In this document: positions 9,713 through 21,010 of the stretch, piece by piece
Layout: each line of letters starts with the position of its first letter
How positions within the stretch are numbered: the first letter of the stretch is position 1
DNA from: a virus
Taxonomy: Duplodnaviria > Caudoviricetes
Length of the DNA: 64,000 bases
Virus record (IMG/VR): IMGVR_UViG_3300001598_000040
Location: 1-64,000 of that record
Direction: 5' to 3' (one strand)
Made by a program: the position numbers and the translations under genes
The notes under the pieces: model-generated
The model's database searches: none
Seen by the model: the letters and a program-made list of their open reading frames with translations, nothing else
Told to the model about the DNA's origin: nothing

Positions 9713-12700
9713 CTATTCTCTCTCTCCTATTACTTCAATTTCTCCATATTTATTTATTGATGTTATTTTATATAATTGATGACCTATTGTATGATTATAT
9801 TTCTTTACAACAAAATCATCTCCTCTTCTAATTCCTTTTATAATTAACATACTTCCTCTTGAGAACCAACTTTTATCTGTGACTTTCTTTTTTCCATCTA
9901 CTTTTTCTGAGAGCTGTTTATCAAATAATGAAAAGTGTTCTTTTCTAAATTTAACCGTAATAACACCATCCATCGTTAATAGATGTATAGTACTTTTTAC
10001 TTTATCTTTAGCTATACAAGTTCCCGCAATTGTATGTATATTATAAATTGGAATTGTAATTCCTTTTCTTTCTATAGTATAATCGACATCAGGGATCTCA
10101 TCTAAATCATTCCAATTATCTATTCCATATCTTTCTTTATCTAAATTCTTTAATTCGTGTTCATGATAATAGAAGCACAACGAGTCCATTTCCCATTTAG
10201 ATAAAGTACCTTCCGCATTCTTCTTCCAACTTTCTTGAAAAGCACCAAAGTTTAAATTAAATAATATCTCATCTTTATTTTCTTTAAGATATTCTCTTAC
10301 AGGATTCATTTCTGATTGATAAATTTTATCCCATACTTTAAATCCAATAGTCCAATTAGGCATTTGATAAATTAAATTATTCATATCATGATACTTTTGA
10401 TAAAATTCATAAGCTCTATTATCTAAAATATAATTTTCTTCTCCGTTAGGATTTTTACATTTAGATTTTAAATATCTATTAAATTCATAAATACTCTTTT
10501 CTCTTTGTAGTTCTCTTGGAACTAAATCATTTTTTATTAGAGTAGGAAAGTTAGTTAATGTTAATGACTTTTTTAAATCTGAAGATATATATAAATAATA
10601 TCCCATTATTTTTTTTCTATCTCCAAATCTATCAAATGCCCCACTTTTAATTAAAGATACCATAGCAGTCTTAGAGATATTAACTTTATTCATAAAATCC
10701 CAAAAACTATTATATGGACGATTTGCTATAATAGTATCTATAACATCATCCCCTACTTTAACCAATCCCTTAAGTCCATAAAATATTTTATTATTCTCAG
10801 GATCTGGAGAGAAGAGTCTTTCTGATTTATTGATATCAACAAGACTTATTTTAATACCATTACTATTAATAGCACCAATAGCTTTAGCGATCTTTGCATA
10901 ATCACTAGAAGATGTTTTCTTAATCTTTCCACTTCTATCTGGTAGATCTATGTAAGTGCAATCTTCGTCCTCCTCTTCATATATATCTACTAATTGTTCA
11001 TTTGAATAGTCAACCGCGGAGCCGCTATTTACTATCAAACAAGCTGTGTTCCAAAATATAGGATTAAAACTTGTAGCTAATTTTAAAGTTTGAATGGCAA
11101 CAAATGAATATGGAAGAGAATGATTAGTTGAGAACGCATATCCTAAACTTGGTCTAATAGCTATATCCCAAAAATATTGAGCAAATCTTTTATCATCCAT
11201 TTTATCAAATACAGAATTTTTTAATTCAGGGATTCTATTCATCTGTTTCTTAGCTACTATTTTTCTTGCATCATTAGCTTCAGCTAAAGTAAAATTAGCA
11301 ATATCCATTAACATTTCCATCATTTGTTCTTGAGTTGGAACACATCCAAATGTCTCGTCACAATAACTATGCATTTTCAATCTTTGTTTATCATTAAGTT
11401 TCTTTTTTATCATCTCTTGTTCAAATTCTAAAATACCATTATTTTGTATCCTATAATATCTATCTTGCATAGACTCTTGTCCTTTTTCAGACATAAGACG
11501 CATTATAGCATTACAAGATGTTAATTCCAAAGGAGAAGAAGGTTTTAATTTTTTTGCTATAGCTAATCCAACTCCTGAGTTAAATTGAAACACATCTAGT
11601 ACTTCTCCTTCTTGTATCGCTCTCCATATCTTCGGATCTTTAATATCAATATTCTGCGGATGGATATAAATATTATATAATTCTCTAATATTTTTCCCAT
11701 ATACTAATTTATGTCTTTTTAATTCTTCTAAACAAATTCGTAGTTTAGTTGTTGTTTCAGTTACAAGAAAATCATATTTAATATCTCCTGCCCATTCAGC
11801 ATCATGAAGATCATATTGAGTTACTAAAGTGCCACTTGGAGATCTCATAAGAGCTGCTGTTTCAAAAATATGATTATCATAAAGAATAACACCTGATGCG
11901 TGTTCTCCTCTTTTATTGATTAATCCTTCAATACCAGATATAATTGTCTCCAGCCCAGGATACTCTTTTAATTTCTTAACAAATTCTTTTACAGGTTTTC
12001 TATCTTTTTCAACATTACCGTTAATAATTTCATTTACTGTCCAAGTTATTCCTCTTTCAATAGGAACTAAAGAAGATAAATACTGAGCTTCATCTACATC
12101 TATTCCATCAGGATAATCTTCTGATCGATAAGCTCTACAAGCAGTTAAAATTGCGGACTTAGTTCCTTCAGTACCATATGTGCATACTTGAAGCAATCCT
12201 AATTCTCCTCTTTTTTCTCTTATCTTTTCAAATATCAGCGGACGGATCGTTGGATCAAGGTCTATGTCTACATCGGGCAATTCAAATCTTGACTTATTTA
12301 AAAATCTCCACGACTTTAAATTCCATTGAATAGGATCTAATTGAGTTATTCCTAAAAGATAATTAGATAAAAATCCTGTTGCTGAACCTCTACCTGGACC
12401 TACGATACTGCCGCATTCCCAAAATAAATCAATATAACTTTTAAGCGTATTAAAATAAGCGAATAATGATACATCTAATTTAATTTCTTCATCTATTGTA
12501 AGTATAATATCCGCTTCGTTATCTAATTGTTTCAAATATTCATCTGTAAGGAGTTTCTTTTCAACCAATCCTTTATATGTTTCATACGCCCAAGCGCGCT
12601 TTTGGTTATCTTTAGATTTAAATAATTGTGAGTAATGAGGATACTTTTCTTCATTAATTTTAATTTCTTCTTTATTAAAATAATTAGCTAATGGTGCAAT

Positions 12701-13615
12701 TGGAATCCTCTGTTTCTTATTTAAATTAAAGAAAGTTATTTTCTCATAAATCTCTTCAGAATTTTTTACTAAAATAGAATATAAATTTTCAAGTGATGTT
12801 TTTGATAAATTTTTCTTAATCTCGTCTTCAGTTTGAAGATAAGCATATTTATAAAAAGAATCAACTTCTCTTTCGTCTTCTTTAGATCTAAGATAAGTTT
12901 CGTGAATGAATCTATCTTCTTCATTCAAATAATGAGCATCAGTACCAATTACCATTTTGATGTCAAAACTTTTCGCTATAGATATCATTCTTTCATTAAC
13001 TCTAATCTGTTCATTTGATCTGCCAGGCGCGCACTCTATATAAAAATCATCTTTAAAAACATTTTTCATATCTGTGAGAAAAGTATAAATATCTTTCTTT
13101 ATTCTATTTATATTTTCTGTATCGTCTAATTCTTCTACTTTAGTTAAATTTAAAACCATAGTAGATAATTCTCCACCAAGACACGCACTAGTTGCTATTA
13201 GATGTCCAGGGTTCTTATTTACTATTGCAAATAATTCCTTTTTAAGAGTTGGAACTCTTGTTGCTCCTCTTTCTTTATAACTATAATACCAAGCGTTTGA
13301 GGATAATCTTTTAATTTGTTCATACCCTATTTCATCTTTTGCTATAAGGATAAAATGATAATATTTTCTATTATTTTCTCTTTCATCAACTAAATATATT
13401 TCATTTCCTAAAGCTAATTTAAACCCTTCTTCATTTAGATCTTTTGCAAGTTTATTTGCAATAATATGTCCGCCTAATATTTCATGGTCAGTTATCGCAA
13501 TTCCGCACAAGCCATTATCTTTAGCTTTTTGAATTAATTTAGGAATTTTATTGATACTATCAAGTGTTCGTATGTTACTATATTCTGTATGCGAATGTAC
13601 CTCAAATCTACTCAA
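9713..13615 (-). CDS. dnaE: DNA polymerase III alpha subunit (family C)
   Basis: PHP domain (HSHTEYS, AITDH, GTDAHY), GPGRGSA, PDVDID, HASGV, KYDFL, YAFSTNHS. Confidence 0.95.
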   Translation of the reverse strand: MSRFEVHSHTEYSNIRTLDSINKIPKLIQKAKDNGLCGIAITDHEILGGHIIANKLAKDLNEEGFKLALGNEIYLVDERENNRKYYHFILIAKDEIGYEQIKRLSSNAWYYSYKERGATRVPTLKKELFAIVNKNPGHLIATSACLGGELSTMVLNLTKVEELDDTENINRIKKDIYTFLTDMKNVFKDDFYIECAPGRSNEQIRVNERMISIAKSFDIKMVIGTDAHYLNEEDRFIHETYLRSKEDEREVDSFYKYAYLQTEDEIKKNLSKTSLENLYSILVKNSEEIYEKITFFNLNKKQRIPIAPLANYFNKEEIKINEEKYPHYSQLFKSKDNQKRAWAYETYKGLVEKKLLTDEYLKQLDNEADIILTIDEEIKLDVSLFAYFNTLKSYIDLFWECGSIVGPGRGSATGFLSNYLLGITQLDPIQWNLKSWRFLNKSRFELPDVDIDLDPTIRPLIFEKIREKRGELGLLQVCTYGTEGTKSAILTACRAYRSEDYPDGIDVDEAQYLSSLVPIERGITWTVNEIINGNVEKDRKPVKEFVKKLKEYPGLETIISGIEGLINKRGEHASGVILYDNHIFETAALMRSPSGTLVTQYDLHDAEWAGDIKYDFLVTETTTKLRICLEELKRHKLVYGKNIRELYNIYIHPQNIDIKDPKIWRAIQEGEVLDVFQFNSGVGLAIAKKLKPSSPLELTSCNAIMRLMSEKGQESMQDRYYRIQNNGILEFEQEMIKKKLNDKQRLKMHSYCDETFGCVPTQEQMMEMLMDIANFTLAEANDARKIVAKKQMNRIPELKNSVFDKMDDKRFAQYFWDIAIRPSLGYAFSTNHSLPYSFVAIQTLKLATSFNPIFWNTACLIVNSGSAVDYSNEQLVDIYEEEDEDCTYIDLPDRSGKIKKTSSSDYAKIAKAIGAINSNGIKISLVDINKSERLFSPDPENNKIFYGLKGLVKVGDDVIDTIIANRPYNSFWDFMNKVNISKTAMVSLIKSGAFDRFGDRKKIMGYYLYISSDLKKSLTLTNFPTLIKNDLVPRELQREKSIYEFNRYLKSKCKNPNGEENYILDNRAYEFYQKYHDMNNLIYQMPNWTIGFKVWDKIYQSEMNPVREYLKENKDEILFNLNFGAFQESWKKNAEGTLSKWEMDSLCFYYHEHELKNLDKERYGIDNWNDLDEIPDVDYTIERKGITIPIYNIHTIAGTCIAKDKVKSTIHLLTMDGVITVKFRKEHFSLFDKQLSEKVDGKKKVTDKSWFSRGSMLIIKGIRRGDDFVVKKYNHTIGHQLYKITSINKYGEIEVIGERE

Positions 13616-13675
13616 AATATCAATCCTTTCTTTACTTAGTTACTATATTAATTATATCATAATTTTTATTATAAG

Positions 13676-14002
13676 TCAAATTGTTATTGAGAATATAGAA
13701 TCTGTATCTTTATCATATGGAATACAAAATTCTTCATCTGAAGAAATCACATATTTATCTATGTCTAAATCTTTTTGAATATTATTCTTTACAATTTTCG
13801 CATTAAAAAATACTCTTTTTATAATTTCTCCATCTTCAATAATGCAATAGCCTCTAGGAGAAATACCTGTATTTTGTTTCATTCTTTTTGAATAAATAAT
13901 ACTCATATTTAATGATGGAATTTCATCAATTTCATAGCAAATAGGAGTTGTATTTATTTCATCAATTTCTTTTGGAGAATAATAAAAAACCATATTTGTC
14001 AT
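13676..14002 (-). CDS. Hypothetical phage protein
   Basis: RBS-preceded ORF in operon. Confidence 0.6.
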   Translation of the reverse strand: MTNMVFYYSPKEIDEINTTPICYEIDEIPSLNMSIIYSKRMKQNTGISPRGYCIIEDGEIIKRVFFNAKIVKNNIQKDLDIDKYVISSDEEFCIPYDKDTDSIFSITI

Positions 14003-14016
14003 TTATTTACACCTCT

Positions 14017-15186
14017 TTATTTCTTTATTATAACGCATTTATCAATAGCTCTAGTTACTGCTGTATATAACCATCTTTGATGTTCTTCTTTATTAAATGG
14101 AAACTTTTCTTCTACTACTAAGACTTTATCAAACTGAGAACCCTGAGCCTTATGTACTGTAATTGCATATCCATATAAAAAATCTAAAAATTCAATACTT
14201 AAATCTTTATTTCTTTTTAATTTGTCCATTTGTCTATCTGTTAAAGTGTGTTGTTCTTGTGCAATCATTTTAGGATCTATGATAAGACCTTGATATTCAT
14301 CATTTGTATCATTTAAAAATCCCATATAAGCACAAGGAACTCTACCTCCACATTCTATTGGAAGATTAAGAATATCTTTTTGATAATTGGTTATTGTTCC
14401 TATCATACCATTAATTAGAGGATTTTCAAAACTCCAGTAATTGTGGGCGCAAATTATCTTATCTCCAACTTCTGGACTAGAACCTCTTCCTGCGAGTTCA
14501 CGCATTCTATTATTAATAGTCATTCTTGTTTTATTAGTAGCTGTAAGTATTTGATCTGCCCATTGTAACATACCGTCAGATAGAAAATTTTTATCAAATA
14601 TCTGCACTTCTTTTCCTTTGAATGGATACAATTCCCTACCCTCTCTAATGTCCATACTTACTCTTATAATTTCAGATTCTTTTGCTTGTCTCATTATTTC
14701 ATCCAAAAATACATGAGGTTTATCTAGTAAATGATTATTACTATCTGCGGATATAGGTGGAAGCTGGAATGGATCTCCAAGAAAAATGATATAAGAATCA
14801 TAAGTCATCAAATCCTCAATAATCTTCTTCGGAACCATAGATACCTCATCGACTACAATAATTTTATAATCGGGTCTCATTCTTTTAGGTTTCACAGAAA
14901 AATGATATTTACCTTTTTTATCTTTATAGGCAAAATATAATAATTTATGTAAAGTTTGAGAATTTTTATTTCCGTTGTTTCTTAATACTAATGATGCCTT
15001 GCCTGTGAAAGTAGCAAATCCAACCTGACTCTCCCGCACATTAAGAGCATCTATGATAAACTTAACCAATGTACTTTTCCCAGATCCTGCATATCCAGAT
15101 ATTACAGTATACTTTTCTCCTCGTTTATATCTTTCAAGAGCTATTTTCAATCCTTCTTCTTGTTTCTTAGTTAATTCCATAACCAT
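14017..15186 (-). CDS. RecD/Dda-like SF1 helicase
   Basis: SGYAGSGKS, VVDEVSM, LGDPFQLPP, YAITVHKAQGSQF, YTAVTRA. Confidence 0.92.
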   Translation of the reverse strand: MVMELTKKQEEGLKIALERYKRGEKYTVISGYAGSGKSTLVKFIIDALNVRESQVGFATFTGKASLVLRNNGNKNSQTLHKLLYFAYKDKKGKYHFSVKPKRMRPDYKIIVVDEVSMVPKKIIEDLMTYDSYIIFLGDPFQLPPISADSNNHLLDKPHVFLDEIMRQAKESEIIRVSMDIREGRELYPFKGKEVQIFDKNFLSDGMLQWADQILTATNKTRMTINNRMRELAGRGSSPEVGDKIICAHNYWSFENPLINGMIGTITNYQKDILNLPIECGGRVPCAYMGFLNDTNDEYQGLIIDPKMIAQEQHTLTDRQMDKLKRNKDLSIEFLDFLYGYAITVHKAQGSQFDKVLVVEEKFPFNKEEHQRWLYTAVTRAIDKCVIIKK

Positions 15187-15241
15187 TTTCTCCTTAATTA
15201 TTTTATATAATTATTATATCATAAAAAATAAAATAAAACAA

Positions 15242-15269
15242 ATAGAGTATCTCAAAAGAGATACCCTAT
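15242..15269. terminator. Intrinsic terminator fused to a downstream sigmaA promoter
   Basis: ATAGAGTATCTC-AAAA-GAGATACCCTAT stem; minus-strand U-tract runs into the -35 region. Confidence 0.7.
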
Positions 15270-15273
15270 ATCA

Positions 15274-16092
15274 TTAATTAAATTTAGCCCATTTCTGCTG
15301 CATATGGTTTTTTACCATACCAGACCAATTTGTTCCATCTTGGCAATATTTTTTACCAATACTTTCAATAGTAGATCTATTGTATTTTACTATTAAACTA
15401 CCAAAATAATCAATAGATGCAGCTGTTGATTTAAAGGTCTTGCCAGGTCCTATACCAAATGGATTATTCTTTTTTCTTGCGGCGGAACTTTTACCATTGC
15501 CCGATTCATGACAAGCCACTCCAACGGCAAACATTGCATTTACGCCATACTTGTTTTCCATATCATAAAATGCCTGTCCTTGTCCTTCTAAAGTTCCTAA
15601 TCCAGATAAGATTTCATTTAATTGTTTTACTGAAAGATTTGATTTAGTAAAAGGATTGTATGAGAAGACAGGAAGGGGGGCTTTTTCATATTCCTCATAA
15701 GTATTACAATAAATACCATGAGCCATATATCCCTCTTTTTCTTCTGGAATTATTACTCGTGGACTTCCGTCTATTAAACTATATATAGTAATAGGTTGAT
15801 TCGGTGACCAACTGTATGTAATATATAATTCAACTTCACTTTTCATAATCTTCATTGTTCTTCCGTCTGCGGCATAGACTTGAACAGTATTATCAATAGC
15901 CTCTTGTTGAGTTTCAAACCATAATTCAGTATTTAAATACTCCTCTTTCTCTGATAGTAGTATAGTCTTAGGTTCTCCTTCTAATCCATATACTACTATT
16001 TCTTCTGCTTTACTTATAATCTCACTGCTAAAACCTGAGCAGCAAATCACTATCCCTGTGATAATCATAGTCATAATTACTTTCTTAAGCAT
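15274..16092 (-). CDS. Exported glucosaminidase (GH73-like) with N-terminal repeats
   Basis: Signal/TM N-terminus; YGVNAMFAVGVACHESG.G.S......NNPFGI catalytic region; three ~33-aa V.VY..DG.....I..SE.E.Y....W repeats. Confidence 0.82.
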   Translation of the reverse strand: MLKKVIMTMIITGIVICCSGFSSEIISKAEEIVVYGLEGEPKTILLSEKEEYLNTELWFETQQEAIDNTVQVYAADGRTMKIMKSEVELYITYSWSPNQPITIYSLIDGSPRVIIPEEKEGYMAHGIYCNTYEEYEKAPLPVFSYNPFTKSNLSVKQLNEILSGLGTLEGQGQAFYDMENKYGVNAMFAVGVACHESGNGKSSAARKKNNPFGIGPGKTFKSTAASIDYFGSLIVKYNRSTIESIGKKYCQDGTNWSGMVKNHMQQKWAKFN

Positions 16093-16145
16093 CTAATCGC
16101 GCTTCCTCTCTTATTATTATTAAATAATAAGCCGTTGTTGTGCTT

Positions 16146-17894
16146 TTAGAAATAATAAGATTGTTCTCCCACTATTTCATAACTGTCGATAATTATTTGA
16201 GCTGTTGTTTTGCCATAAAAAACGTTCCGATTACATTTTCCAACAACATTAATTTTTACACAACCTGTAGAGAGCAATGATTCATATTCCTCTCTTGACG
16301 ACTTAAATCGAATCAAGTTGCAACCACTCGGTAAAACAATTTTTAATGTTGGTTTTTTGTCTGGACTCATAAGTGTTAAATTGTCTTTAGTTACAGTAAT
16401 ATTCTCAATAGCTATATAAGACTCTTCTATGCCAGTGCCATATAAAGATTTTAATGTACTTATATCTAAAACAAGATCTTGCGGACAGTCCTTTTGTAAG
16501 ATGAAATCTACATTATAACAAGAGTCAAAAGTAGTATCTTGCAACTGTTGATTAGAATAGTCATTAAATTTTTCAAGATTACTTGGTTCAATTTCTATTC
16601 CAAATGCTTGAGCATGACCTTGAGCTAAAGAAAAATATCCAGAATCATTACAAAAACTTTTTAAATCGTTAAATTCTGATTGTCCTACTCCACGCGCGGA
16701 TCCGCTGTATTTAGTATTTCCCTCAGAATCTACACTTGCCCTAAATAATAATACAGGTTTTTTATATTTAGCCATTAATTGATTGGCTATCAATCCAGTC
16801 AGATTCTTATCCAAATCTTCTTCTGGCATAACTACTGTAAGTATTTTATTGTTATTTAAATTAGTTTCTTCAATCTTCTCCTCGATTCGTTTCAAGCTAG
16901 CATCTCTTGCACGGGCTTGTTTATTCTTAATATTTGTGCAATTTCTGCAAGCCTGCTCTACTAAAGGCTCTAGAGAATCAGATGTTCCTCTTTTATTAGA
17001 TTTTATTTCTGTATATGCTTTAAAATCTAACATAGCCTCAAATAGAGTTTGCTTTTCAGATTCTGAACCAATTCTAATCGTAGCATTTATATAAGGCGTA
17101 ATATAAAATGCAATTCCTAAAGGTGTCAATTGATCTCCTATAGAATAATTGTTTTGTTCTCGTATCTTTGAGATAAAGGGATTTCTTAAATGTGAAATTC
17201 CTTGTTCAATAAGAAAATGAGTTTCAAAATCTTTTAAGCTGACCATATCGCCAACCATTCCAACTGCCGCTAAATCTAAAAATAAATTAGCATTATTTAT
17301 TCCTAATTTTTTATCAAGAGCTTGACAGAATTTATACACCATACCCGCTCCTGATAGAGATTTAGTTGGATAATCACATAATTGATTATTAATGATACAA
17401 GCATCAGATGAAACATATTCAGCTTCGTGATGATCTATAATCAATACTTTTATTCCTTTTTCTTTAAGAATTTTATGTTGTTCATAATCATTACTTGCGG
17501 AATCAGGATATACAGCTAGATATATATCTTCAGGTACAGATTCAAGGATAATACCATGAGTCTTATCTGGATTGATACTATATCTTATGTGATTTAAAGC
17601 ATATTCTTTATTATACGTATAGATATAATTAATTAAGATGGCAGCAGAAGTAAAACCATCCGCGTCTACATCTGGTACAATAAACATATTCTTTTCGTTG
17701 ACAATACAATCTATTAATATATTAACTCCCTCTTCAATATTATTAATTAAAAAAGGATCTAATACATCTAACTCAGTAACATTTAAGTAATGATTTATTT
17801 CTTCTTCTGAGGTAAATCCTCTATTCTTCATTACTTTTACAATAGGATTATGATATTCCCAGTCTTCTACTGGATTCAATAATTTATATCTCAT
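16146..17894 (-). CDS. recJ: RecJ-like ssDNA exonuclease (DHH family)
   Basis: DVDADGFTS, IIDHH, LSGAG, GMVGDM, GSARG, GHAQAFG. Confidence 0.92.
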   Translation of the reverse strand: MRYKLLNPVEDWEYHNPIVKVMKNRGFTSEEEINHYLNVTELDVLDPFLINNIEEGVNILIDCIVNEKNMFIVPDVDADGFTSAAILINYIYTYNKEYALNHIRYSINPDKTHGIILESVPEDIYLAVYPDSASNDYEQHKILKEKGIKVLIIDHHEAEYVSSDACIINNQLCDYPTKSLSGAGMVYKFCQALDKKLGINNANLFLDLAAVGMVGDMVSLKDFETHFLIEQGISHLRNPFISKIREQNNYSIGDQLTPLGIAFYITPYINATIRIGSESEKQTLFEAMLDFKAYTEIKSNKRGTSDSLEPLVEQACRNCTNIKNKQARARDASLKRIEEKIEETNLNNNKILTVVMPEEDLDKNLTGLIANQLMAKYKKPVLLFRASVDSEGNTKYSGSARGVGQSEFNDLKSFCNDSGYFSLAQGHAQAFGIEIEPSNLEKFNDYSNQQLQDTTFDSCYNVDFILQKDCPQDLVLDISTLKSLYGTGIEESYIAIENITVTKDNLTLMSPDKKPTLKIVLPSGCNLIRFKSSREEYESLLSTGCVKINVVGKCNRNVFYGKTTAQIIIDSYEIVGEQSYYF

Positions 17895-18943
17895 ATACTC
17901 TTTATCCTTTCATCCAATAATTGTAAAAATATTTCTTTTCCACAATCAATTGGAGAGTCTTTATATTTAGTAATCATATTTTTATCAAAAATAAACGATA
18001 TTTTAAATTCCTTACTGTATCTATTATACAGTCTAATAATTTTTTCTTTAAGTCTTTTAAATTCTAAATCTCCTATTTCTTGAAATTGTCTATCAAAAGC
18101 AATAATAATTTCTTCAGCTCCACATTCTCTAAGAAGGGAAATTTGATAATCTGTTATCGAACTGCCGCAGCATGCGACAGATATATCATTCTCAAATAAA
18201 CTCTGCATTTTAAGAGTACTCTTTTCTCCTTCAAAAATAACTGCGGTTTTACATTTAGAAATATCTCTTTTAGAATTATTTAAATTATATAAATTCAATC
18301 CCAACGGATGATTATATAACTGTTTATTTATATACAATGGTCGATATTTACCATATAAATCACATTCATCAATAATTCTTCCCCTAATTCCAATCAATCT
18401 ATTATTCATATCATAATGAGGTATTGTGATTTGTCTATCTCCAAGATAAAAACCTATTTTATTTTTCTTTATTACATCTTTATCAATACCTTCATTTTCC
18501 CATAATGTTATTCTACTATATATAAATCTATCTAATATATCTTTACTATATACGGGAAGAATTATATTTTTATCTGTCTTTTCATATTCTTCTTTTTTCT
18601 TTTGAATATTTTCATAATTTTTAAATGGATTTGATGTTTTTATAGGATTTATATTTTCATTTACTTCTAAACCAAAATAGCTTGTAATATAATATAAACT
18701 TTCTATAAAATCATAATCAAAAATTTTTGAAATTAAAGTAAATATATCAAAGCTACCACATTCAGTATAGCAATGAAAAAGTTTATTATTATCATAATAA
18801 TATAATTTGTGACTTTCCCCTTCGTGACATATAGTTTTACAAATTATAGTATCATTTTTTAAACGAGGTTCTGCATTTATTTTTTCTAATAAATCATACA
18901 TTTCATTTAAAGCTATACTATTTTTAATTTCTTCTGCAGTCAT
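17891..18943 (-). CDS. DNA primase (Zn finger plus TOPRIM)
   Basis: CH...H.L.YY.....FHCYTECG Zn finger; IFEGEKS and AFDRQ TOPRIM motifs. Confidence 0.88.
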   Translation of the reverse strand: MTAEEIKNSIALNEMYDLLEKINAEPRLKNDTIICKTICHEGESHKLYYYDNNKLFHCYTECGSFDIFTLISKIFDYDFIESLYYITSYFGLEVNENINPIKTSNPFKNYENIQKKKEEYEKTDKNIILPVYSKDILDRFIYSRITLWENEGIDKDVIKKNKIGFYLGDRQITIPHYDMNNRLIGIRGRIIDECDLYGKYRPLYINKQLYNHPLGLNLYNLNNSKRDISKCKTAVIFEGEKSTLKMQSLFENDISVACCGSSITDYQISLLRECGAEEIIIAFDRQFQEIGDLEFKRLKEKIIRLYNRYSKEFKISFIFDKNMITKYKDSPIDCGKEIFLQLLDERIKSI

Positions 18944-18946
18944 ATA

Positions 18947-20458
18947 TTACTCCTTAACTTCAATTTTAACATTGTTAATTTTTATCATATCATAAGACCA
19001 ATCTGTTGCAAATATAGGATTTACTCTACAAGTACCTAAATCACTATAACACCATAAATATATTCCTTTATATTTACCTCTTCTATTTTTATAAACCGAT
19101 ATTTTTTGATTAGGTCTTTCTGCAAAATTATCTAAAACACCTTCAAGGGCTTTTAAGTCATCTTTAGTTACAGGAAGTGTTATAGCACCATAATCTATTT
19201 TATCTGCTATAGCTTTTGAACCTCTTAATAAATTTTGATCTGGAGTGTTACAATCTTTCCAATCGGCAGATAACTGTGTAGAAGACAATAAAAAAATACC
19301 ATAAAGATTACATAAATCTTTAAGTTTAGTTGATAACATAAATAATATATTATCTTCTCTTAATTTTACTCCTCCACTGCGTTTAGTAATTTCTTCTAAA
19401 ATTTTCATTGATGTATGAATATAATCGTGAACTACATATTGTACTTTATGTTCTCTAATTTCAGAACGAATAGTGTTCTCAATATCTCTAATGGAGAAAT
19501 CTGGAAGAGTTGTTATATATAATGGACTATCTGATATTATCTCTGCCGCCCGCGCAATTCTTTCTTCTTCTCCTTCTTCATATCTTCCGTTAAGAATATG
19601 TTCTTCATTTACATTAGATAGAAATGCTAACATCATTGTTTGCACTTCTTCTAGTTCTAATTCTGTTGATATGAATAATGTAGGGTTTTTTGTTCCATTT
19701 TTTATCCAACCAAACTGCGGATCGTAGATATGATCACAAGCAAAGAAACAGGCGTCCGCTATATTCGTTCTACTTTTACCATAACCAGAAGGAGCTGATC
19801 TAAGATAAAATTTCTTTAATCTAGCTCCTCTTGTTACTGTATTAATTAAATTGCCATACATTGGAATACCAACTTCTGGAGTGGCTTTAAACTTTTCAAT
19901 TAAATTAAATATATCACTACCAGCTTGATTTGTTTCACTAAAATCTTCTGATGTATATTTTTGTCGAATAGATAATATTTTATTATCTATTTCATCTGCA
20001 ATTTCTTCAAGAGTATGATTATCTAACCAATTTTCTTGACGCTCTTTTTTAGCTATATCCATAATATTATTTGGATCGTAGATAAAAGACATATCCATTC
20101 CTATTTTATCATATCCTCTTAATAATGTCATTTTCTTTAATCTATTATAATAAAAATTAAACGCATCGACTTGTGCGTTATCTTTAGCTTTTAAAAAGAA
20201 CTCTTCACCATTATTTTGTTGGAATATAGCTTCAGAACGAGGTCGAGCTTGAAGATAATCTTCAACTGCTTCTAATGTTATATTCTTAGTTCCACCTCCA
20301 AATAATCTATAAATTGTACCAAATACTATTTGATGAAATTCATTAGGAAAATCATCATCAATAAACCAATATTTATCTGTTTGATTCATTAATGAAGGAG
20401 TATTTATTAATGTTCCTATTATTTGAACAGTAGCATTTATATCAATATACTTTTCCAT
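18947..20458 (-). CDS. DnaB-like replicative helicase
   Basis: APSGYGKS Walker A, ISTEL, VHDYI, STQL, GSKAIADKID, KNRRG. Confidence 0.9.
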   Translation of the reverse strand: MEKYIDINATVQIIGTLINTPSLMNQTDKYWFIDDDFPNEFHQIVFGTIYRLFGGGTKNITLEAVEDYLQARPRSEAIFQQNNGEEFFLKAKDNAQVDAFNFYYNRLKKMTLLRGYDKIGMDMSFIYDPNNIMDIAKKERQENWLDNHTLEEIADEIDNKILSIRQKYTSEDFSETNQAGSDIFNLIEKFKATPEVGIPMYGNLINTVTRGARLKKFYLRSAPSGYGKSRTNIADACFFACDHIYDPQFGWIKNGTKNPTLFISTELELEEVQTMMLAFLSNVNEEHILNGRYEEGEEERIARAAEIISDSPLYITTLPDFSIRDIENTIRSEIREHKVQYVVHDYIHTSMKILEEITKRSGGVKLREDNILFMLSTKLKDLCNLYGIFLLSSTQLSADWKDCNTPDQNLLRGSKAIADKIDYGAITLPVTKDDLKALEGVLDNFAERPNQKISVYKNRRGKYKGIYLWCYSDLGTCRVNPIFATDWSYDMIKINNVKIEVKE

Positions 20459-20459
20459 T

Positions 20460-20969
20460 TCATCTCTCCTTATCTAATATACTAAATCTATTTGAATATT
20501 TAGGTTTTAATTTTGGTGGAGATATTGTAATTACTATTTCTTCTTGAGGTTCTATATCAAAATTAATTTGACTATGTCTTTCTTTTATTTCGCTAATATT
20601 TTTATAATAATTACAAGCATCTGTGTATATATATGGTACAATACCTATTCCTCCATAGGCTTTATCTGGAGAGTTCTCTTTAACTTCATACCAATATTTT
20701 AACGCATTTAAAATACCATTATAGGTATATCCATTCTCTTGAATAAAAGTTTTTATTTGCTTTTCAATTCTATTTTTAGAAAAACTTTCTTTTAAAATAG
20801 TTTGAGCGTACGAAAGAATAGCATTATATGATAGCTCATCTGTAACTATTTCTGGCTCTTTCTTTTGAACACATTTTTCGTGCGCCCATCGATTAGAACT
20901 AGTTTGAATACAGGGTTTTGTGTCTCTATCAAATTTGATGCCACAAACTGAACACTTCACATAATGCAT
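20460..20969 (-). CDS. Zn-finger protein, possible helicase loader
   Basis: CSVC...HEKC N-terminus; directly upstream of the helicase gene. Confidence 0.5.
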   Translation of the reverse strand: MHYVKCSVCGIKFDRDTKPCIQTSSNRWAHEKCVQKKEPEIVTDELSYNAILSYAQTILKESFSKNRIEKQIKTFIQENGYTYNGILNALKYWYEVKENSPDKAYGGIGIVPYIYTDACNYYKNISEIKERHSQINFDIEPQEEIVITISPPKLKPKYSNRFSILDKER

Positions 20970-21010
20970 ATTCTCACACTCCTTGTAAATTTTATTATAT
21001 CATAATTTTT

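Noticed and set aside
9713-20458. Inteins in DnaE or the DnaB-like helicase
   Set aside because: No C/S...HN-C/S/T splice motifs or LAGLIDADG blocks; conserved motifs are contiguous
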